Below are positions 41,301 through 54,040 of a DNA stretch of 64,000 nt, in pieces (the first letter of the stretch is position 1; every line of letters begins with the position of its first letter). The notes beneath the pieces were generated by a model. It saw only the letters and a program-made list of their open reading frames with translations, searched no databases and was not told where the DNA came from. The position numbers were made by a program, and so were the translations under genes. Location of the stretch: contig OZ176057.1 in assembly GCA_964247055.1 (NCBI GenBank), forward strand, positions 3,410,001 to 3,474,000. Reading direction: 5' to 3'. The DNA is from Paragordius varius (Eukaryota; Animalia; Nematomorpha).

Positions 41301-44300
41301 TTAGGAATTTGTTTTAAGGCTAATTCAACCTCCTCTCTTAATATATCTGGATCACGTTCTTCTTCTTTTAATTGCAACACCTTTGTTTGAGGAGCCTGAT
41401 AGAGTTTTTGGGTGTATTCCTTCCATCTTTCTCGTACTTCTGTTTGTTTGCACAATATGGTGCCATTCTCTTTTTTAATCTTTTGTGATGATATAAAAGG
41501 TTTATGAGTCATTTGCTTCAGTTTCTGGAACATTGGTTGCATTAATCCTTTTTTGTTATTTAATTCCACTTCCAGACATTGTTTATTAAGAAAATCTTCG
41601 TAATCCTTCCTTGTTTGTCGTTGAAATTCTTTGTTATATAATTTTACCATTTTATTATCACCTCTTGATTTAGCTTTTCTCCTCTTTTCTGCTATCTCTA
41701 TACTCTTTTCTGATATCCATTTGTTATCTTTCCTTTTTACTCTCTGCACTTTTTCTTTTGCCACTTCATTAACAACATTTTTTATCGTTCCCCATAATTG
41801 TTCTGAGCTACATCCATTGTCCAATCTTTCTAATCTATCTTTGGTTTCTGTTCTAAAACTATTTGGAATGTTCCGAGTGTCATATCTGTATATCTGTTTA
41901 ACCTTATTTTTAATTATTTTAAGTTTGATTTTGGTTATTAAAAGCTCATGATCGCTAGAGCAATCGCTGCTTTTGCTTGTTTTGGTATCAATTATAGAGC
42001 TTTTCCATTTTTGAGGACACATTATGTAATCAATTTGATTCTTATATTTACCACATGGAGAGGTCCATGTGTATAACCTCCTATTGTGTTGTGGAAACCA
42101 AGTGTTGGTTATCATCATCTCATTTTCTTGACAAAAATTGATCAGTGCTTCCCCGGCCTCGTTTCGTTCTCCCAATCCATATGGCCCGACTATTTGATCT
42201 ACTCTACCTCTACCAACTTTGCTGTTCCAATCCCCTCCTATGATAATCATATCTCCTTTCTTCGTTTCATCCAAAACTATTTGCAACGTTGCATAAAAGT
42301 CCTCTATGTCTTCTTTGGGAGCGTTTGATGTAGGAGCATAGACTACTATGTATGTAAATTTAAGTGGCTTGGCATTCAGCCTAATGCTCATGATTCTGGG
42401 TGTATATGGTGTATAACTAATGAGACTTTTATTTAATTTGTTTTTTATTAATACTGCAACGCCTTCAGATTTCTGGTCATCTCTCCCCGATCTTAACAAT
42501 GTATAATTTTCGTTTTGTACTTTCGCGCTACCTTTTTGCTTGGTTTCCGTTAGACCCAGTATATCTATGTTTAATCTTTCCATTTCCTTTTCAATTATCA
42601 ACTGTTTGGTTGATGTTAAGGAACGCACATTCCAGCATCCAACTTTGAAAATTCTTGTTAAGTTCATTTAGTAAAACTATTTTTTGGCAGTAATAAACGA
42701 GGGTGGTTTGCCATTGCCTTCCCTCTCACTTACCCTCTTTACAAAAAATAAATATCTAGAATAATTAAAATTAAAGAGTAATCTTTATAAATGTTGTTAA
42801 TTTGGATAAATTATAATATTGATATTTTGCTCTGTCTGGCAATCATAAAGGAAAAATATAAAGAAATTATGGCTAGGCTAGTAAAAATAAAATAATTAGG
42901 CACCAAGGAGTAGAGAAAAAAAAAAGAGAGAGATCTGTATAACAATGATTTTTGATGACTTAAGAATTATGTTACTCTTTAAATTACATACTTAGCATAC
43001 AAATAAAATAAAAACTCTACAAAACAAAGAAAAAGATTAATAATTACTAAAAGGAAACCTATTTTTTAAATATATTTATAGTATATAATAAAAAAAATAC
43101 TATCCTTGAATATCCTCCCGCTTTCAATCACATGGTTTCATGCATGAATTATCGAGGGACACTTTAGTTCTAGTGTATGTGGAAAATAAAAATCTTTAAC
43201 TTTTTATACTTAGATTGACATTCTTGATAATTTAAATTTGTTTTTATAGAATGTTAGCTCCTTGTTAAATACCATAACTAATAAAGGAGGAAATAATTCG
43301 AGCACCTCGTCACAAAATACCACAACCTTAGTTGTTTGCCTTGAAGATCATATGTTTAATCCCAAAAATTATTGGTATAAAGTTATATATATACATATAT
43401 ATACTATTTAAAGTTAAAATTCACCCTAAAATATATTATGTTTTTTAAGATAAATTACCTTTATTTTTTAATACTTTTTAGATATGAAAGTCTGTTTAAA
43501 ATTAATATAATCCTGAAAAATAAATACTATGCCGTAAAATTTCTTTTCATATTAATGATGATTTATATTAGCCCGAAAACTCCATTAATTTTTCGGGTAA
43601 ATTTGAATTATTCAAGGGTGAGTTTGAATTGTAAATGGTATATTTTACATCATTTGAAATTTAACATTTTTCTCTAGCAACCAAAGTCACGTTTTGTTAA
43701 ATAATTTTAAATCATTATTAGAGTAAAAAATATATTATAGTGAATTGCAACCAATTTTTTTACAATAATTTTTGCTTCCTGTGTAAAATCGTTAAATACA
43801 TTTAACCGTTATATTATTACTTATATGGATCTTTATGTAAAAAATAAATGTGAATGTATAAAAAGCGGAATTAATAGCTAGCTTACCTACTAACTTTTAT
43901 AATTTATTAATTTTCATTAATTTTATGTAAACCAGGTATGTCCACCCTTGAAAAAATATCAAACACAAAATTATAATTTTTATAAGATGGGTCATTTTTA
44001 AAATATAAGTAATATTGACATTTTTTGAAAATAAATGTTGGCAATTTAGTAGCAAAAACTGTTTATTTATAAAAAAATTTACGTCTTGTTTTAAAAATCT
44101 AAGAATTTTGCTTTATACCCACACCCATATATTGTAAATGCAGCCCGTCAGATTTTTTCTGGGGGGTAAAATGTGCCCCTCAAAACCATTTGGGTTGGTC
44201 ATGCCTGATTCAAACATTTTTTTTATAATAAGAGGATTTTTTAAATATTTTTTTCCTCAATTAGGAATGGTCGTTGGCGCTCTTGCTGGTTAGCCACTAT

Positions 44301-45357
44301 GCAATCAAATGCATCGGAAGGCGAAATACGGGGCATTTTCAAAATTATAGTAAATCTTTTTTTTTCTCTTATTTATTAATACAACAGTCAAAATTATTTG
44401 GTGATCTACTTATTGATAGTTTTATTAGCATCATATATTTTTTTTTGTTAAAAAGTGTAATTTATAATTTTGAATTCCATATTTTTTCATTTTATTTTTA
44501 ACCCTTAAATTTTTTAAAAGGGTTACCTCCAGTCGTTATTTATAGATATATGACTCTATATTTATTAACTCTTAACAATCTAAATTAAATTCGTTGTTTT
44601 GCATTAGAATTAAATTAACCATATAATTTTTATATTTGTTAAGGTTCATTATTATGAAGATGGAAACGTTCAATTACTTGCGAAAAAAGAAGTCAACGAA
44701 AAATTTAAAATATCATCTGTATGTCCATTATTTTTAAGTTTCTTTTGTATAAAATTAATTATTTTGTCCATATCTATATGTTATAGGATCCTGAACAAAC
44801 AGCCAAAGAAATAATGAAAATTATATCCAAAGAAGAACAAAATTATCAAGTGTGTTTTAGTTTGTTAAAACAATTAAAATATTCCCTTTTTATGACATGA
44901 ACGAGCCGACATTTTTTGTAAATCAATACTTTTTTACATTTTTTTAAGAAAACGTCCCCTTTCATCATATATGCTGTGCGTGTGATTTCGATTGATCATC
45001 TTAGAAAGCTTTAAACATGCTTTGTGAAAAAATTCTAAGATTTACAAGAAGGCTGGCATTAGGATTTTATTGTCCATCCCTATTTTTACTAAACTTTTTG
45101 CAAGATATTTTATTTTTGCAAGTTTTCCCTTAAAAATGTACCGAATATGATAGTTGACATTTTTATAACTCCCCTAGACGATTCTTTTTTTGTTAAATTA
45201 TCTATAGAATGCTTTGAGTGATTGTTACCGATCAATGAGTGAATCCACTTTTAAAGCCCTTAGGCGACAACTCCCGGTAACACGAAACAAAATTGAATGG
45301 GAAAGGATTGCAGCTTACAAAGTTGGCCAAGAATTGGGGGCTGGGAAAAAACTTTAA
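38354..45357 (+). CDS. CAPZA: F-actin capping protein subunit alpha, 10 exons, ~317 aa
   Basis: Exons 38354-38374, 38402-38465, 38529-38580, 38603-38663, 39200-39457, 43250-43374, 44265-44349, 44644-44718, 44787-44849, 45208-45357 (954 nt). Motifs [79 protein letters not shown]. Confidence 0.95.
39847..43153 (-). mobile_element. RTE-clade non-LTR retrotransposon (BovB-like), 3307 bp, antisense in CAPZA intron 5
   Basis: 12-bp direct repeat GAGGGACACTTT at 39835-39846 and 43154-43165; 3' (CCAA)n tail; hairpin AAGTCG-TTTA-CGACTT at 39865-39880; GAAGGCAATGGCAAACCAC motif at 42703-42721. Confidence 0.9.
39863..42667 (-). CDS. RTE polyprotein: AP endonuclease plus reverse transcriptase, uninterrupted 934 aa
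   Basis: APE motifs [34 protein letters not shown]; RT motifs [46 protein letters not shown]. Confidence 0.97.
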   Translation of the reverse strand: MNLTRIFKVGCWNVRSLTSTKQLIIEKEMERLNIDILGLTETKQKGSAKVQNENYTLLRSGRDDQKSEGVAVLIKNKLNKSLISYTPYTPRIMSIRLNAKPLKFTYIVVYAPTSNAPKEDIEDFYATLQIVLDETKKGDMIIIGGDWNSKVGRGRVDQIVGPYGLGERNEAGEALINFCQENEMMITNTWFPQHNRRLYTWTSPCGKYKNQIDYIMCPQKWKSSIIDTKTSKSSDCSSDHELLITKIKLKIIKNKVKQIYRYDTRNIPNSFRTETKDRLERLDNGCSSEQLWGTIKNVVNEVAKEKVQRVKRKDNKWISEKSIEIAEKRRKAKSRGDNKMVKLYNKEFQRQTRKDYEDFLNKQCLEVELNNKKGLMQPMFQKLKQMTHKPFISSQKIKKENGTILCKQTEVRERWKEYTQKLYQAPQTKVLQLKEEERDPDILREEVELALKQIPNNKATGLDNIPIEFIKVIPVEKLHQLCQKVWETCEWPNDWASSVYLPIYKKGDVLQCENYRNISLISHASKVLLKVIQNRMHSIIQTEIPENQAGFMKGKSTRDHISNMRRIMETSKEFQKKLYMCFIDYRQAFDSINYDSLWETLKLVGVSSHLIRLISSLYVKQRAIIRTPAGDTDEIPILKGVRQGCCLSPYLFNMCTEMIMRKLDGKNIGVRIGGRTINNLRFADDTTLIAESANDLKELIEVIRKESLRYGLRLNPNKTKILCTGKKPTIIIEGVEIEIVKQLTFLGAIISEDGSSTPDIRKRIGLGREAMTKLIKIWKNKSVGVETKKRLLYCFVLPVTTYGCESWTLKKRDKERLMAFERSCWRRMLGYTWKDKIKNESLTTEIKPKTNIMEIILKRKLTYFGHVMRSNSLEKDTMFGKVEGQRKRGRPPMRWLDMIKEETKMTLKELNIAVKDRKKWKEIVKTISKKSFTT
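43405..43640. mobile_element. MITE family A, degraded
   Basis: Right end GAATTGTAAATGGTA. Confidence 0.7.
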
Positions 45358-45971
45358 AACCCTTTTTTTTCACGCACGAATATATAATGGAAAAAAACTG
45401 TTTTTGATTGCACATTATAATTCTCTATTTTTTTCGTATTTAAAAAACGCAACAAAATATAAAAATGTACGACATTGTAAAAATCTTAAAATTTTGTCGA
45501 TTAATATTTATAATGATAATATATATACCCATATATTACAACAATCAGTGTTATAGTGATATCATCATTATTATTCGTTACAAATAAATGTTTTAATGAT
45601 TGTTATAAAATTAATAAATACACTTTAATTTTAAATTCCATAATTTAATATAAAATCTTAAAGGTTATTAATGAAATTAACAAAAGCTCTTAACATATAT
45701 TCTAATTTTCTAAATAGGCCAAATTATGAAATATAGTTTTAGGTTTGTATTACCATAAGTGTGGGTAGACAAAAAAATAATCACTTACAAAAGAAATACC
45801 TAAAATTTAAATTAAATTAGGCATTAACTTATACAAAGATATATATATATTTAATATTTTTTATATAATATTTATTAAATAAAATAGTAGTACAGTCTTG
45901 AAACTTTTTTACATCTTTTTTCATCTAACTACGATACCCACAGTCTTTTAGGAAGATGAGTCATTGTTTTC

Positions 45972-48900
45972 TTACGTTTGTTGAAAAAGTTCCAAGAAAC
46001 TTTCATCAATCTTACATATATCATCAATACTAATTTCGAGTTCCAAATTATTGTGCTTTATTTTATTCGCCCCACAACTTAATGCTATGCGGGAAATCAA
46101 CGGATCATGCTGGCATAAGTCAAGTAAGGTGGCGCATTTAAATTTGTGGGCGCCTGATAGTATGTAAACGTTTCGACCAAAGTTTGGAATGACCGTTTCT
46201 GCACTATAGAATGGCCATTTTGTTGAAAGTTCTTGGGATGTTAAAACTAACAATATGTATACGTAACATTTTTATAAGTAAAATTACAAAATTTTATAAT
46301 AAATCTGATTATTATCTCACAAACACCCAATACAAAATATTTTTACAACTTAATTTTATTTTGAAATGTTATAATGTTTATAATGTATATTAAACCTCGA
46401 ACACCAGCCTCTTTAACTAATGGTCCATCATATGGTTCAATTAATTCAATCCAAGTTTTGTCTGGTTTTGCATCTCCATTTTTTCCAGCATTTTTAGTTT
46501 CAACTTCAATTTTAGTTACGTAAAAATAAATAATGTTTTCTCTATCATTAATAATATTGTGTTTGCTATTAAGTATGCCAATGATTGCGGATTTGGATTT
46601 ATCATTAGAACTGGATAGATCTGAAATATCTAAAACTGTAGCTTTGAATGGTTTTTGCGGGCGTTTTATATCCTTAGTTTCGTTTATGGGAGTTATTCCC
46701 CCAAAATCGTATGGCTTAAATTTTACAATTAAACCTGGTAGTATCCAACGATATTTTGATCTATGATTTTAAAAATGTAGTTTTAAATAACATCTATAAA
46801 TAAAAATTTTAAAAACAAAAATAATATACCTAAATTTCTTTTTATTAACCGTTGTGTTTTTGATGTTGCTGTTAGGATCTAGTATTTCAGCTTCTTTGGA
46901 CACCATTGAAACATTATTATATTCATTTATGGGCACCATTTTATTTAACAATTCGTCTGCTGACTTTAAATCTACGTCACAATCGTCTGCTTTGCGCTTT
47001 TTACCGTTATTTTTACTTACATGGGGTATTTCAAAATATTTTTGTGTTTCCGGTTTTTGTTCGGTATTTTTTAAGATCGAATTAATAAATACGTCGGGCT
47101 TTATGCAAGATTCGGACTGCTATAGACATGAATGAATAAGGTTTATGTATATTACTTGTTTGATATAATAAATTCACCTACAAAAAAATAACTCGTTGAT
47201 TATGTTAATTTTGAAATCTATTGTTAATCATATACAATACTTTAACCATTTTATTGAATAAATTACCTTATAATTTTTTTATTATTTATCATCTTTTGTT
47301 AGCCTATTTATCAAATAATGTAGCCATACAAAAAATTTATATATACATTATAATATGTACGGAGAAAACGTAAAAATATAGAAACATATATTTTTTCAAA
47401 ATAAAAGGCAACCATGTTTTTTAATCCTAAATTTTTTTATACAATTTAATTACAATTTAAAAATATTTAATTGATTCTGAAAAATTTGCATGTCTCTTTC
47501 TTTTTATTAATTAAAACAATCAATTATAATATTTAAAAAGATCGTTTAAATGTTGCGTTTTGAAAAAAATATTTGTCTTTATAATTTTACGTTTGCGTAA
47601 GTTAAAATTAACTACTACAACAATCGCATCCCCCTGGCGGAAAATTCACCCTTTAAAATAATTTTTTTGGCTAAAATTAATCAAAATTAATATCAAATAT
47701 TTGTTTATGACGTAAATTCTATTTTCGCAATTTTATTTAAAAAAAATAAGATATTTTTAATTTAGGGTGCCATGTTGTTTTGATAAATGTATTTATAAAT
47801 ATTTCAAACAACAATGGATTAAAAATGTCAAAAATTAATATATTTTCTGAAAAAAATATATTTTGCTGAAAAAAATTCACAAAACCATATAATAAATACA
47901 ATGATTAATTAAGCCATAACCAGATAATTTACTTTTAATGTATAAACAACACAAAGGAGTAATAGGAACTCATAATAAATAATACTGTTTGAAATTAATA
48001 TTCCTCAAAGTTGCTGAGTAAAATTTAACTAAATTGAAATTTGAATATAATATATACAATGAATTAAATCAAGAGTTAGATAATAATAATATATATTACA
48101 TATATATATATGTAATATAATCAAAAATTGTGTTATAGATATAATTTTTAATAATTTCTATAAAAATACTTTTTCTGTTGTCGGGTTTGTTGAAGAATTG
48201 CTTAATTTAAAGGCTACAACTCTATCAAGTTTTTGAGTATCCAGGGGTGCCAACAAAGCTAAATTTAATGGTAAAATTTAGCGAATATTTGCTAATAAAA
48301 AGTTTTTTACATTTTACAGTCAAAACTAAAATTATACGGACAAAACGTTAAAATATAAAGACAAATATTATTTTAAAGATCTTTTTAAAACTTAATATTT
48401 CCAAATATAATTTATTGTTACAAACTTTAAACTATGAGATTGAGATGTGTATTGGTAACAAAATTTATTACAGTCATGTATATGTAGAATTGACAAACAT
48501 TCGTTTTTAAATGATTAAAATTTGTTTTTAATTGTTTTGATGTTTATGTCAACTTTCAACATAAGGCTTAAAAATGCGCATGTTGAACAAACATCAAAAC
48601 AATTAAAAAAAAATTATAATCATTTAAAAACGAATGTTTGTCAATTCTACATATACATGACTGTATATAGTTCGCAGTTAAACAATCAGATATATTAGAG
48701 TAATTGAAGATTTAAAGGATGGTTGTCTTTTAAAAAAAATATTTGTCTTTATATTTTTACGTTTTGGCCGTATAATTTCAATTTTACATTCTAAAACAAA
48801 TAATTTTTACAAATAATTCGTAAAAATTAAAATTGCATATATATACCAGTTTGATTGTCGACTGTATTAACATTTTGGTCTGCTATTGTGTTTTGTTGTA

Positions 48901-50473
48901 AATTTTGCGACTTGGTCTGTTCAATTTCAATTTGTTTCTAAACGTAACAAAAAAATGGCAAAAAATGTAGGATGCCTTTAAATTAAATATAATTTTTTAT
49001 ATGATAATCATTGGCGTTTAATGAGAATAAACATTACAAAAAAAATTATTTCTCTAGATTCATATAAAACTGCATTAGCCAAATTTTATATATACCATTT
49101 ACACTGAGTGTCGTTGGAGAGTTCAAGTTGGTCCTTGAACAATTCAAGTTGGTCCTTGAACACTTCAAGTTGGTCCTTAAAATTTATAAATTTTGATTTA
49201 ACCATAATTTTTGCATTTATTTTTTTATATTTTATTAATTATTAACCTATTTTTCTTTAGTTATTATATATTTATTCATTTAAAAATAAAATTTTTATTT
49301 TCCACTTTTTGTTTCAAACTTTTTTTTAAAGTGAACAAAATTATTGACTTTTAAATGTTTTTAATGAAAAATTTTAATTAATAACCCAGAAAAATTATAT
49401 ATTTTTGCATTTCGTGTTAAAATCTTATAGATATCCAAAATTATTTTAAGAAATTAATAAAGATATACGGTTTATCAGAGATTAAAAGTTGATATTGAAT
49501 CAAAATTTATGTTAAATAATATAAAATAGGTTAAAAACAATAAAATAAATGAATTATTTACGATTTGATTGATAAAAGTTAAAAACAAAACAAAAAAGTC
49601 AAAGGACCAACTTGAAGTGTTCAAGGACCAACTTGAATTGTTCAAGGATCAACTGTGTTCAAGGACACTCTTGAAGTGCAAATGGTATATACAATTTAGA
49701 GTCTCTTTTTTCCTTTTTTATAAAAGGGTAAGGACTTAAATTGTATCGGGACTTGTGAAGGTTTTAACACTCGCCTGTCCAGGGCTGAGAGTGATGATGG
49801 AAAAATAAAAACTTCATATTTTTCATTTATACGATACAAATAGCTTAGCAGGTCTCTTTAATAAATTTAATTTTTTTTACTATGAATATTTAGTTTTAAC
49901 TCAAATTCGTAAAAAATGTAATATGTCATGTATTAGCGTGAAACAACTTTAATCGAAATCCGCTATAACAAACATTGTATAAATTTTTATGTCATCACCG
50001 AACAAAAAAACATTGAGGAATGTATGTTTAACATCCGATGATAATAAACAAAAAATTAATAAAAAAAATGAACGGATACCCTAAAAGTTAATATAAAATT
50101 TAATATACAAAATAATAAATATTTTTGCAAAAACTAAGATATGATATAATAATAAAATGTAAGTTCCACAAAATACCTGAAAAGATTTTAATATAAAAAA
50201 TATTAAACAAAATGGAGAAATGTATGCGGCTGTAATATTTCTTATATATATATATATATATATATATTATAACCAGATATAATAATTTAATCACCTAATA
50301 TCAACTAATTTTACCGAAATAATATAGGATATATATTAAAAAAAGTCAAAAATTAAAAGACAAATAGTATTTTTAAAACAAAACAACTATATTAATCTTT
50401 ATTCAATATATACTCATAATTTGGTGTCGCAATATAAAGATAAATTGGCAGCATACAATTATATATTTCAAAG

Positions 50474-50529
<56 letters not shown>

Positions 50530-52352
50530 ATTTACAGTTCAAATTCACCCTTGAACAATTCAAATTCACCTTCGAACAATTCAAATTCACCCTTGAACAA
50601 TTTAAATTCACCCTAAAAAAATCATGTGTTTTCGAACTAATATAACTCATTATTAATATGAAATATATCTTTATGGAGTTTATTATTTTTTAAGTATTAT
50701 TTTAATTTAAAACAAAATTTTAGTTTTTACAATTATAAATAAGATATAGGTAATTTTTCATCTTAAAAAACATAGCATTTATTTCTAGGTGAATTTGAAT
50801 TGTTCGAGGGTGAATTTGAATTGTTCAGGGGTAAATTTGAATTGTTTAAGGGTGAATTTGAATTGTAATATAGAAAATATCAAGGTTCAGAAAAATATAT
50901 GATTGTTTTTTAAATATATTCTTCTTTTTTTACGTTTTTCAACTGTAAAAATTAGGTTTGTTAGATAAAGAATACTTTAATCATTTTGGCAACTATATCG
51001 GTGTCATCTTCTGACATTTTTTCTTTTTTTCGATGCATTTCTTGTCGCCTTAACGTTTCCGGGTCACGGTCAATGTATTCAATAAACCAACCCCGTTCAG
51101 TTTCATCAACTTTACACAGGCCTTGGATAACAAAAAACCAATTATATATAGTTTTAAAGAATCTTTCAAAGCTATAAAGTAACCATTATTAAAATCAAAT
51201 TTACCGGTTATATAATATATATATATATAATATAAAACGCTTAAACCACACCATATAAGGGGAAATTATCTATCAATATGTCTTCAAAATGTTTGATTAA
51301 TTAATCTACCATAAAATCTTTGTTTCCTTTATAAACATTAAACATTAAAGACCATCTAAAAATAAAAAAATTATCAATCAATAAAGGGTAGTTTGTAAAG
51401 TAAAAATAACTATATATAATTAAAACGTATAATAATAACATCAATGCTGTTCTTCAAAATTAAAGTTAGCTAATTTTGTGTTTCACTAGTATAACATCAA
51501 TATCAATTCAAGTTTTCTTCAAAAAACCCACCCCGAACTTTTGTACAAAGCATAAATAGATTAATAAACATAAATATAAAATTATTAAATATTTAAAAAA
51601 GTAATTAGAAAATAAAAATAAAATTAAAAACCACCCTAACCCTGTTTCCCAAGATATTTGACAAAACCCGTGAGTGTAGTCCATTGTGTAGCATTCATAT
51701 GCAAGTGATGCCTATCCCCAATGTACTCTTGATAAACGGCGTTAGCTTTAACACGCTTGGTGCCAAACCTGCGTTTAAGAACTTGAAGAAAAGTTGTTTT
51801 AAATTCTTGACTAAACGTGCTAATGTATTGCCCAGGATTTTCAGCCACCTTAACCACCAAGAGAATTGGGATTACATGAAAAATTTTAATTTATAGAGAC
51901 AAGTTATGTAAAAGTAATAATTGTAACAAAACAAAAAGTTTTACTGGATTTTACTATCAAATCTATGTGGTTACAATTTATGCATAAGAAACTAAGTATG
52001 TACATTTTAACAACGCACCCTAAAAAACGTAATGTATTAAAAAAATTCATAATAATAGTAATTTTTTCTAGCATGCTAAAAATACAAAATAACAAATATA
52101 TAGTTAGAATAAAAAAATTACCAAAAGCAATTGCCTTTGATGACTTTCAGAAGCGACATGACATTTGAAACCATTCTCATCTCGACACTGTTTTTGGCAC
52201 ATTTGACAGTACCATCTTAGCTTTTGTAAGCCCTTGGCTTTGATCCTGTTTGCAATTCCTTTGGGTGTTAGAGGTCCTTAAAACATAATAACATTAATTT
52301 GGGAAGATATTAAAAATGCAAAAATTTATGTACCTGCTTTTTCTTTGCCCAT
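45972..52352 (-). CDS. KIN17: DNA/RNA-binding protein KIN17, 9 exons, ~545 aa
   Basis: Exons 52352-52334, 52276-52122, 51848-51641, 51121-50976, 48937-48847, 48258-48170, 47119-46830, 46760-46396, 46246-45972 (1638 nt). Motifs KGLQKLRWYCQMCQKQCRDENGFKCH, RRFGTKRV, HMNATQW, GWFIEYIDRDPE, ETVIP. Confidence 0.93.
47345..47610. mobile_element. MITE family C, degraded
   Basis: ACGTAAAAATATAG..AGGCAACCAT left arm; TTTGTCTTTATAATTTTACGTT right arm. Confidence 0.65.
48315..48790. mobile_element. MITE family C with a nested D-related MITE at 48471-48663
   Basis: Family C arms flank TA|CAGTCATGTATATGTAGAATTG..CAATTCTACATATACATGACTG|TA. Confidence 0.8.
49093..49687. mobile_element. Sister MITE of family A (same TACCATTT termini, different 21-nt subterminal unit)
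   Basis: TACCATTTACAC..(TTCAAGTTGGTCCTTGAACA)n..GTGCAAATGGTA. Confidence 0.85.
50481..50868. mobile_element. (TA)n array plus MITE family A (from 50526)
   Basis: (TA)n abuts TACCATTTACAG. Confidence 0.85.
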
Positions 52353-53804
52353 ATAAATTATATGCGTCAAACTCACAGGTGTAATACGTATGTAAACGGT
52401 ATCTTAGAGAGTAATTTTTAAATGATATTTGATTTAAAGCTAAAAAATTATTTTTTATTTAAATTACATCTAACTTTGATTGTAAAAGAAATAATGGTTT
52501 ATTTTTTATTATATTTAAAATATAGCTTGTGCATAGTCATGTTGACTAAGTTTTTACTTTGAGGTTTAAGCTAAAAATAAGTAAATCTGGTATTTTGAAC
52601 AAAATATATTTTTTATTTTGATTTATTAATGGTTTAAATGTGTAATTTCCAATGTTTTTTCCGGAAAGCATGTGGATTAAATACTTTTAAAAATATACTT
52701 TTCATTAATTTTTATGTCTACAAAATATATTCTTTAATGATATATAATTCTACATAAATGTCAAAAGGGATATAGAATATTATCACCCTTTTGTAGCAAC
52801 TCCTTCATATCAAAAAATGGCAAGATTTGGGCACAATATGCTGTATTATGTTAGGAGAAAGCTTCTTGCTCCATTTTTATAAATACTACTAAAATATAAC
52901 ACAAATTATAGGTAAAAACAAAACAATATTTATATAAAATATATTTTAGATACAGGGTTCTAAAACATATTCTAGACTCGTCCAAAATGGGCAGGTTTAA
53001 ACTAAATACAAAAATGCTGCTCTTGCATAATTAAATATTACATTAAAAGTTTGCCCATAAAATTGAGTTGATTTACGGCAAAATTTTGATGAGGCGAGTA
53101 GTAACATAAAATGATGGACGACGGTGTGATAATATTAAAACATTTCCAATACTTCAAGGAGGTTGAAAATTCCTATCACCTCAGATATTTGATTAAGAGA
53201 CTGCTACTTATTTGAATATTTTTGTCTGTATGATACAAATAGTGTGATAGTATATTTATAATTTATGTTACAATAACTTGTGTATTTGTTTACACGTATA
53301 TCTTTGAATATATCATGCAAATACCGTCATTTATTATCCTTAATTTATATTTATGTTGTTAGTTAATATGTAATTACCTTTTTAAATGTATATATATGAA
53401 TCTATTCTTCTAATAAATGCACATTATCTTACACCATCTCAATGATCTAACTTAAGATAACAGAGACTCTGTTGACGAATATAAGTTAAAAAGTTTTTTT
53501 TAAATTATTTATAAACACAATTTAAAATCAAAGATTTGTGATATTTCAATATAAAAATGTTTTTGATTTTCAAAGGGTTTTTCGGTCGTTTCCACCACAC
53601 TGCAACCATAGATCTTGCTTCACCAAAATTTTTTTAGTTATTATATGATAAAAAAATCCATATTTTCGGGAAAATTATTTTAATTTAATTTAAATTTTAA
53701 TCCCCTATATTGAGACTTTTGCCTTATCTCAAAAAAATTTACCCATTTTTATACCTAAAGCAAACTTTATTAAAGATTTTAAAAAAATTCTTTTTTTGCA
53801 TTTA

Positions 53805-54040
53805 CAGTAAAAATTGAAATTATACGGAAAAAACGTAAAAATATAAAAACAAATATTGACTAAAAAATCATATTTTTTAAATTTTAATCAATTCAAGTTA
53901 GTGTTTAAAATCGCAAAGTATGGAGGTGAGATTTCTATTGGTAATACGGTCAATTATATATTTACAATTTAAATTAAATATTTAATATAGGAATAAAGGT
54001 ATAAAAATTATGGTTGTCTATATAATTTCATTTTTTACTG
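53805..54040. mobile_element. MITE family C
   Basis: TACAGTAAAAATTGAAATTATACGG..TTTTTTACTGTA. Confidence 0.75.

Noticed and set aside
39761-42328. Six plus-strand ORFs of 60-138 aa
   Set aside because: Antisense shadows of the RTE ORF
49725-49800. GC-rich patch ending GCTGAGAGTGATGATG as a hammerhead ribozyme or C/D snoRNA
   Set aside because: CTGAGAG is not CUGANGA, and no stems or D box were found; more likely a truncated LINE tail, too short to call
46211-51896. Plus-strand ORFs at 46211, 46533, 46854, 50986 and 51684
   Set aside because: Antisense shadows of KIN17 exons
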